Shown: in pieces, positions 26,374 to 32,000 of the stretch
Layout: each line of letters starts with the position of its first letter
How positions within the stretch are numbered: the first letter of the stretch is position 1
Assembly: GCF_004102945.1 (NCBI RefSeq)
Contig: NZ_CP019384.1
Coordinates: 1,200,001 to 1,232,000, forward strand
Length of the DNA stretch: 32,000 nucleotides
Origin: Candidatus Velamenicoccus archaeovorus
GTDB taxonomy: Bacteria; Omnitrophota; Gorgyraeia; Velamenicoccales; Velamenicoccaceae
Direction: 5' to 3'
Notes under the pieces: model-generated
What the model saw: only the letters and a program-made list of their open reading frames with translations
The model's database searches: none
What the model was told of the DNA's origin: nothing
Made by a program: the position numbers and the translations under genes

Positions 26374-26823
26374 CTACCTTTTGGCGTAACTCCTCTCAAT
26401 GGCCTTCTTGATGTCAGTCGTGGTGCTGACGAACGCCTGAACCACACACTGAGTGATCATTTCCACGTCTTCAATGGCCTGCGTATTGAGAGGATTCGAC
26501 ATGGCAACAGTAAGATTGTTGGCGATTTTGTCGATCGGGATAAGACAATACTGGCGCGCGACCTGCTCGGGAATGACGCGCGCAACCTCCGCATCAATAT
26601 CGTAATTGGCCAGGGGCAGATAAGGGAATCCGTATTGCGCCGTCAAGACCTGGGCGATATCTTCTTCTCTCGAAAAACCAAGCTGGACGAGGATCTCACC
26701 GACAAGTCCGCCGTTGACGCGCTGATATTCCAGCGCTTTCTGCAGCTGCTCGGCAGTAATGATCTTCCTCTCTATGAGAAGCTCACCCAGCTGTTTCGTT
26801 GTGACTCTCTTAAAAGATGACAT
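26374..26823 (-). CDS. Stand-alone T2SSE_N / MshEN-like domain protein (no ATPase domain)
   Basis: The 149-aa protein aligns with the N-domains of both PilB copies (...LLIERKIITAEQLQKALEYQ-RVNGG-LVGEILVQLGFSREEDIAQVLTAQYGFPYLPLANYDID...VARQYCLIPI...LTVAMSNPLN). SD GGAGAGA lies upstream. Confidence 0.8.
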   Translation of the reverse strand: MSSFKRVTTKQLGELLIERKIITAEQLQKALEYQRVNGGLVGEILVQLGFSREEDIAQVLTAQYGFPYLPLANYDIDAEVARVIPEQVARQYCLIPIDKIANNLTVAMSNPLNTQAIEDVEMITQCVVQAFVSTTTDIKKAIERSYAKR

Positions 26824-26883
26824 TCTCTCCTCTGCTCGGAACCCCTGCTTTCAGCAAAAAACAGGGAAAATCCGCCGGAAGGG

Positions 26884-28257
26884 TTACAGCGCGATCTCCG
26901 CCCCTGCCAGTCCCATCGCCTTGTGCAACAACTCGACGGAATCGGCACCGTCGATAGGGTTCTCGACAATGCTGAGACTGAATTGTATTTTCCTTTTGAC
27001 GTCGGCATTCTGGAACGTCGCCCGAAGCTTATCCTTGAACTGTTCGGCCACGTGTTCCGCCTGCCGTTTGTTCTTTTGGGGCAGGACGACGCCGAACACG
27101 CCATCCTCCAGCCGCCCCGCGCGGTCGATCTCCCGGATCGAAGACTTCAACAATACCGCAATCCTCGCCTGGACATCATCCGCTGCCGCGTCGCCATAAG
27201 CCCGGCGGTAATCCGGCATATTATTCACCACGACAGCCACAAAAGAACACGGCTCCTGCAGGGAGATGGCACGCAGGATCTCTTCTTCGAATCTGACCGT
27301 GATATAACGCTTATTAAAAAGCCCTGTCAGGGCATCCTTCACCTCCAGGTCCCGGACCTTGTGCGTCAGGTAGTCATTCTCGACGGCGATCGACAACTGC
27401 TTGGCAAAGATACCCATCAGCTCGATGTCATCGTTGGAAAACTTGAATTTATCCATCAAGTTGCCGATCGCGATGATCCCATGGGGCTTGCCCTGCATCA
27501 AGACCGGATACACCAGGAGGTTGCGTGCCCCGAGGATTTTCATGAACTCTTCACTGATACCGCCCTGGGTCGTATCGTCCACCTTCAAGAACGGCTTGGA
27601 GGCCGCCAAAAGATGAAACAACAAGCCGCTGCTGGAAGCCGTCATCAGACAACTGATCGTCTCCTCCCCAAGACCGTACTGTGCCGAAACTTCAAAACTC
27701 TCGTCTTTCTTAAAAATCAGGATCGCCAAAGCCGAATCCGCCATCTGGGCAAGCTTGGAAATCGTGACCTCATAGACGTCTTTGAGGTGAGCATTCTTGG
27801 TGATCAGGTTGCTGATCTGCAACAGGCCGTTCAAGGCGATCACCTGGCGGTTGATCTGGAGATTGATATCCTTGGTGCGCTCACCGTAGATCTTGAGCTC
27901 ATCCATGTTGCTTTTGATGCGCTGCGTCAGCTGATTCAAAGAATGGCTCAATTCGCCGATTTCGTCCTCGCGGGCAATGTTGATCTGGTGGCTGAGTTCG
28001 CCGGACGCGATGACCTTGACTTCAGAGTTAATCTCTATGATAGGATCAACGATGCGCTTGACAACGATAAAACCCAAAAGAGACATGATCACAACAGAAA
28101 AAATGATGACGAGAAGGTAATTTTTCGGCAGAAGGCTGGGAAAAACAAAATTCAGAAGCGCAAGGATGGGAATGATGGACATGAGGCAAAATGCGATGAT
28201 GAGCTGCGGCCTGAGGGACCTGGATGCGATCGACAATTTTTTAGATAAATTGGCCAT
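26884..28257 (-). CDS. Membrane HAMP-GAF-GGDEF protein with degenerate active site and retained RxxD I-site
   Basis: Has two TM segments, HAMP (...DEIGELSHSLNQL...), a GAF-like region and a GGDEF fold (DALTGLFNKRY). The signature is EDGVF instead of GG(D/E)EF, and the first metal Asp is replaced (VVVNNMP). REID lies 5 residues upstream of the signature. Start ATG 28257 follows GGAGAGAGG, so ORF-track start 28347 is rejected. Confidence 0.85.
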   Translation of the reverse strand: MANLSKKLSIASRSLRPQLIIAFCLMSIIPILALLNFVFPSLLPKNYLLVIIFSVVIMSLLGFIVVKRIVDPIIEINSEVKVIASGELSHQINIAREDEIGELSHSLNQLTQRIKSNMDELKIYGERTKDINLQINRQVIALNGLLQISNLITKNAHLKDVYEVTISKLAQMADSALAILIFKKDESFEVSAQYGLGEETISCLMTASSSGLLFHLLAASKPFLKVDDTTQGGISEEFMKILGARNLLVYPVLMQGKPHGIIAIGNLMDKFKFSNDDIELMGIFAKQLSIAVENDYLTHKVRDLEVKDALTGLFNKRYITVRFEEEILRAISLQEPCSFVAVVVNNMPDYRRAYGDAAADDVQARIAVLLKSSIREIDRAGRLEDGVFGVVLPQKNKRQAEHVAEQFKDKLRATFQNADVKRKIQFSLSIVENPIDGADSVELLHKAMGLAGAEIAL

Positions 28258-28394
28258 GGCCTCTCTCCATTTTAACCAACGAGATCCTGTCTTCTTGCTG
28301 TAAATATTTATGTAATATAAGGTAACATAATTGGCACGGCGCGTCAACGTTTTCCTGCGCCGGACAACTTAAAATGAGGGCTTGCGGCCGGGCC

Positions 28395-30146
28395 TCAGGG
28401 AACCAAGGAGGCGGGCGGGGTTTGCTTGCGTGAGGAGGGAACGCCTGTTTCGATAAAAGCCCATGGAGAAGCAAGAAATTCTTCCTTGCCTGCCGTCAAA
28501 AAAGCCGTATCGATATTATTTGCGGCCAGGGCCTCTTTCCAGATGGCCGGATTGAAATGATCGCTCCAGGCGTCGAACCTGGCTCCGGCGGCATGGGCGG
28601 CGGCAATGGCCCGGCCGCATTCACGGCCCCCTTGCGCCAAAACCGCTTCAAGCCAACTCATGTGCGGGTCGTAAAACTTCAACTGGATCAATCCCCTCTT
28701 GTGCCCCAGGGCCTTCTTTAAAAACTCCTGCCTGGCGGACAGGTCCTCGATGCTGCACATAGCCGCCCTCTCGAACGGCGTGTGAGGTTTTGGCACAAAA
28801 TTCGATATGGTCACGTTGAGGCGCGCCGGATGGCCGTCCACTTCTTTTTTCAAAGCCGAGATGGCCAGGCAGAAAGAGACGATGGCGCGCAAGTCCTCTT
28901 CTGTCTCCGTCGGAAGGCCGATCATGAAATACAGCTTGAGCGTCCTGTAGCCTGCGCGGAAGGCCTGGCGGGCCGCATCAAAGATATCCTCAGGCCCGAC
29001 CTTTTTCCCAAGGACATCCCTCAACCTCTGGCTGCCGGCCTCAGGAGCGAACGTCAGGGTCGTCTTGCGCATCGTCGCAAAAACATGGGACAGCTCTCCG
29101 ACGAGACTGGAGGCGCGCAGAGACGGCAAAGAGATGCTGACGCCTTTATCCCTGAATCCGGCGACAAGCGCTTCGACGATCTCTTTTAACTGCGGATGGT
29201 CCGAACTCGACAAAGACAGAAGGGATATTTCTTCATAACCGGTCATGCGGTAAAGGCGGCGCGCCAGCGCGAGGACTTTCTCTTTACGGACAACGCGCAG
29301 CGGATAAAACGAAGCGTAGGCCTGGCAAAACCGGCATCCGTGTGGACATCCCCGCATGATCTCGATGCCGATGCGGTCGTGCACGATCTCGATGGCAGGA
29401 ACGATCCAATAAGAAAAATCCGTGGAGCGCTCGAGGTCGCGCACGAATCGTTTGACGATCGTCCGGGGCGCCCTCTTGTCGACGGCTGGTTCCAATGCGC
29501 CGTCCTTGGCGACCCCCCGGTACAAGGCAGGAACATAGACGCCTTTAAGGCGCGAGAGCGCCAAGAGCATCCTCGCTTTGTCAAAGCGACGCTTCTTGCA
29601 GACGCGATAAATCTTGAGGATTTCAACAATGGCCTCCTCGGCCTCGCCGATGACAAAAAGGTCGACAAAATCCGCCAGAGGCTCCGGATTCAGACAGCAC
29701 ACTCCGCCGGCAATCACCAGAGGCCAGCCGCCATCGCGCTGGCGCGACTCCAGAGGGATGCCGCTCAAAGCCAGAATATTCAGCACATTGGCATAGCTCA
29801 ACTCATACTGGAGCGAAAATCCCAAAATATCGAATGCCTTGAGCGGCATCCGGGACTCCAGGCCGAAGAGCGGGATCTCGAGCGCTTTAAGCTTCTCCTC
29901 CATGTCCGCCCAGGGAGAAAACACCCTGTCGGCAATGCACCATGATTGTTTATTGACGACATCATAGAGGATCCTCATGCCCAAGTGGCTCATGCCGATC
30001 TCATAGATGTCAGGGAAGGCCAGACAGACGCGGACATCGGCCTTTGAAAAGTCCTTCTGCGCGCAGCCGACTTCCCCGCCGATATATCGGGCAGGCTTCA
30101 TGACGGACAATAACAGCTCTTTATCGAGTTGAACGGGTTGAGTCAT
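28395..30146 (-). CDS. B12-binding-domain radical SAM protein (TIGR03960-like)
   Basis: Has the CxxxCxxC cluster motif (RGCPHGCRFCQA) and an N-terminal B12-binding-like domain. The N-terminus ...KPARYIGGE... is typical of this family as I recall it. 583 aa. Family assignment is from memory. Confidence 0.8.
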   Translation of the reverse strand: MTQPVQLDKELLLSVMKPARYIGGEVGCAQKDFSKADVRVCLAFPDIYEIGMSHLGMRILYDVVNKQSWCIADRVFSPWADMEEKLKALEIPLFGLESRMPLKAFDILGFSLQYELSYANVLNILALSGIPLESRQRDGGWPLVIAGGVCCLNPEPLADFVDLFVIGEAEEAIVEILKIYRVCKKRRFDKARMLLALSRLKGVYVPALYRGVAKDGALEPAVDKRAPRTIVKRFVRDLERSTDFSYWIVPAIEIVHDRIGIEIMRGCPHGCRFCQAYASFYPLRVVRKEKVLALARRLYRMTGYEEISLLSLSSSDHPQLKEIVEALVAGFRDKGVSISLPSLRASSLVGELSHVFATMRKTTLTFAPEAGSQRLRDVLGKKVGPEDIFDAARQAFRAGYRTLKLYFMIGLPTETEEDLRAIVSFCLAISALKKEVDGHPARLNVTISNFVPKPHTPFERAAMCSIEDLSARQEFLKKALGHKRGLIQLKFYDPHMSWLEAVLAQGGRECGRAIAAAHAAGARFDAWSDHFNPAIWKEALAANNIDTAFLTAGKEEFLASPWAFIETGVPSSRKQTPPASLVP

Positions 30147-30303
30147 ACGGATTTCACTAAAAAGTCAGTCCTTACCGGTTGTCGGTTAAAGGATGAACGA
30201 GTTGACGGACACAAGATTACCTTCCAGGTTTGAGCGAGCCGAAGGCGGGTGATTCCTCTTGGCCCTCTCTCCCCAAGGCTCGTCGCGCAGGCCGGTCTTA
30301 TAT

Positions 30304-30474
30304 GCACAACCCTCTGATAGGCCGACAATCAGAAATTTTTTGGCACATCATTTCAGTTTTGTCTGCAAGGAGTTGCATTTTTGCTGTAGCGACAATCTTC
30401 TATGGAGCGTAACAGCAAAAATGCAAACCGCAGCAGACGGCAAAAAATTTCGTCGGTCTATCAGAGGGTTGTGC
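30304..30474. repeat. ~171-nt extended imperfect palindrome of 4 stem segments, ~55 bp in total
   Basis: The stem segments are:
- Outer, 23 bp: 30304-30326 with 30452-30474. The only non-Watson-Crick pair is G30321 with T30457.
- Second, 11 bp: 30332-30342 with 30441-30451, with a 5-nt bulge on the left side.
- Third, 6 bp: 30361-30366 with 30433-30438.
- Inner, 15 bp: 30373-30387 with 30412-30426.
- Apical loop: 24 nt.

All segments were checked base by base. Confidence 0.9.
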
Positions 30475-30511
30475 GAATGCCTCGCATGATGTGCGACTAC
30501 ACGTTTCACGC

Positions 30512-31612
30512 CTACTTCTGCCGCGCTATATTTAAGACGATACCGATCGCCGCCATATTAATAACGAGCGACGAGCCGCCGTAACTCATAAAAGGCAAAG
30601 GCAGGCCGACGACCGGAGACATGCCGATGTTCATCGCGACATTGATGAAGGCATGGAAAAAGATGAGCGCAGCCACGCCCGCCGCCAGGAGACGGCCGAA
30701 GATGTCGCGCGAAAGGGCGGCAACCCTCAGGATCATGATGATGAGGATCGCATACATCACCACAAGAAAAAAACTGCCCAAAAACCCCCACTCCTCCCCC
30801 CATACGGAAAAAATGAAATCCGTGTGCCGTTCCGCCAGGAAATTAAGCTGGCTTTGGGTGCCGCTCATCCATCCTTTTCCGAAAAAACGGCCGGAGCCGA
30901 TGGCGATCTTCGACTGAATGATCGTGTATCCCGCGCCCAAAGGATCGATATTCGGATTCAAAAACACCAAAAGGCGGGATCTTTGATAGTCTTTCAGCAC
31001 ATGCCAGAAAAGCGGCAAAGAGGCCAAGCCGGCAACAGCCGCGCCTGCCAAATAACGCAGGCGGACCTCGGCCAGGAAAGCGATCGTAGCAAAAATGAAG
31101 AGATAGACGATCGCCGTACCCAGATCGGGCTGCAAAAGGACCAGACCCGTCGGTAGCAGCGTGATGCCGAGCGGCAGAAGCAAGCCCCGAAAGCATCCCA
31201 GCGACTGCGGCTGGGCCTGCAGCTCCTCGCCTGTCTTGATGCTGAAATAGCCGGCCAAGACCAAAATGAGCGCAAACTTCCCTAGCTCCGACGGCTGAAA
31301 AGAGAATTCCCCCAGGGATATCCAGCGTTGGGCGCCCATGATCGCCCTGCCGGAAAAAAGGACATGGGCCAACGTCACCACGCTGACGACATACAAAGGC
31401 ACGCCCCACCCCTTGAACGACCTGTAGTCATGACGTGAAGCCAAAAGCAGAACTCCCCAGCCCACGCCGACCCACAGCAGCTGTTTGACGAAGATATCTT
31501 TTTTGACAAACTCCCCTTTTTGATGGCAGCTCGAAAAAAGGCAAAGGATGCCGAAAAACAAAATCAAAAACACGACGATAACGATGACCTTCTGCGGCCT
31601 GGCCGTCATCAT
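30512..31612 (-). CDS. rodA: Rod shape-determining protein RodA (SEDS family)
   Basis: SEDS polytopic membrane protein with Q.Q..FLPE.HTDFIF-like block (QSQLNFLAERHTDFIF). It lies immediately downstream of PBP2, with a 4-nt overlap. Confidence 0.9.
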   Translation of the reverse strand: MMTARPQKVIVIVVFLILFFGILCLFSSCHQKGEFVKKDIFVKQLLWVGVGWGVLLLASRHDYRSFKGWGVPLYVVSVVTLAHVLFSGRAIMGAQRWISLGEFSFQPSELGKFALILVLAGYFSIKTGEELQAQPQSLGCFRGLLLPLGITLLPTGLVLLQPDLGTAIVYLFIFATIAFLAEVRLRYLAGAAVAGLASLPLFWHVLKDYQRSRLLVFLNPNIDPLGAGYTIIQSKIAIGSGRFFGKGWMSGTQSQLNFLAERHTDFIFSVWGEEWGFLGSFFLVVMYAILIIMILRVAALSRDIFGRLLAAGVAALIFFHAFINVAMNIGMSPVVGLPLPFMSYGGSSLVINMAAIGIVLNIARQK

Positions 31613-32000
31613 GACAGTTTCCCTCTCTTTTGGGCCTCTTCAAACAGGTCGCGCGCCAAGACGCAGGCATAATGGCTGCTGCCGACATTCTCCAGAAGCA
31701 CGCAGAACGCGTAGCGGGGCCGGCTCAGCGGAAAAAATCCGGCCACCCAGCCATGCGACTCTTTTCCGTAAACCTGAGCTGTCCCCGTCTTGGCGCAGAT
31801 CTCAAGGCCGGGGATTTCCAGCACGTGCGCCGTGCCGCTCTCAAGCGACACAGGATAACGCAGGGCCTTGCGCACCATATCCAGATACTCCGGGGATATC
31901 CTGACGGGCTTGGGCGCTGCCACAGAGACTTCCCTGCCCGCAACGGCCTTGGTCACATGGGGAACAGGCAGATATCCTCCGTTGCCGACAGCGGCCATCA
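31609..32000 (-). CDS. mrdA: Penicillin-binding protein 2, C-terminal fragment; the gene continues beyond the right edge
   Basis: The transpeptidase KTG motif (AKTGTAQV) is present. The position upstream of rodA fits. Only the C-terminal ~130 aa are visible. Confidence 0.8.
   Translation of the reverse strand, partial: MAAVGNGGYLPVPHVTKAVAGREVSVAAPKPVRISPEYLDMVRKALRYPVSLESGTAHVLEIPGLEICAKTGTAQVYGKESHGWVAGFFPLSRPRYAFCVLLENVGSSHYACVLARDLFEEAQKRGKLS

Noticed and set aside
28331-28346. TTGGCAC sigma54 -24-like element on the plus strand.
   Set aside because: No GC at the -12 spacing in a TTGC context, and there is no plus-strand gene downstream.
30304-30474. An integron attC site (outer arms end in CACAAC / GTTGTG, reminiscent of R''/R' boxes) or a simple intrinsic terminator.
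   Set aside because: - At 171 nt it is longer than typical attC sites.
- The outer 23 bp are fully paired and lack the characteristic extrahelical bases.
- The core only approximates GTTRRRY.
- No integrase or cassette context is present.
- No U-tract follows on either strand, which rules out a terminator.

A MITE-like origin is not excluded and is listed under findings.
30147-30511. Cobalamin riboswitch upstream of the B12-binding radical SAM gene.
   Set aside because: I could not find the B12 box (GCCACUG-like) or the conserved GGUG..AAUCC / AGGGAA core elements on the minus strand.

Overview
All credible genes in this 32-kb bacterial window, about 25 CDS plus a 16S rRNA, lie on the minus strand. 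Calls rest on motif recognition in the supplied translations and on reading the DNA by eye. No homology search, folding or statistics were run.

Layout from left to right on plus-strand coordinates:

1. **Partial 16S rRNA (1-~1365).** Its upstream region has two TTGACA promoters, each preceded by an AT-rich palindrome. It also has boxA-like elements and a terminator/antiterminator-like hairpin.
2. **Housekeeping block.** tyrS, rpsA, plsC, phosphohexomutase, rpe, nadD, proA, proB, obg, rplU, RNase G and a short TIGR03936/DUF2344-like gene.
3. **Type IV pilus (T4P) block of about 13.7 kb (14647-28257).** It encodes pilQ-pilP-pilO-pilN-pilM, one pilin, pilC, a REC-HD-GYP response regulator, two tandem PilB-type ATPases, a stand-alone MshEN/T2SSE_N domain protein and a HAMP-GAF-GGDEF protein. 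The GGDEF active site is degenerate but its RxxD I-site is intact.
4. **Right-hand block.** A B12-binding radical SAM gene (TIGR03960-like), rodA and the 3' part of mrdA.

Most interesting observations:

- The pilus cluster carries its own apparent c-di-GMP layer. This comprises three MshEN-type 24-5-24 motif domains, an HD-GYP phosphodiesterase and an I-site-only GGDEF. There is no PilT, PilD or minor pilin in the window.
- The pilus block sits exactly between a radical SAM gene and its usual DUF2344 partner, and imperfect direct repeats are visible at both junctions.
- The 560-bp pilC-pilin spacer looks like an independent small transcription unit. It has a promoter-like element, a GC hairpin, two 44-bp hairpin repeats that pair an SD-like with an anti-SD-like sequence, and a clean terminator.
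- The rpsA leader contains an analogous pair of 45-bp hairpin repeats.
- A ~171-nt near-perfect extended palindrome of about 55 bp lies between rodA and the radical SAM gene.
- rpmA is missing from the usual rplU-rpmA-obg arrangement.

The 16S 5' region looks PVC-superphylum-like from memory only. This is unverified.
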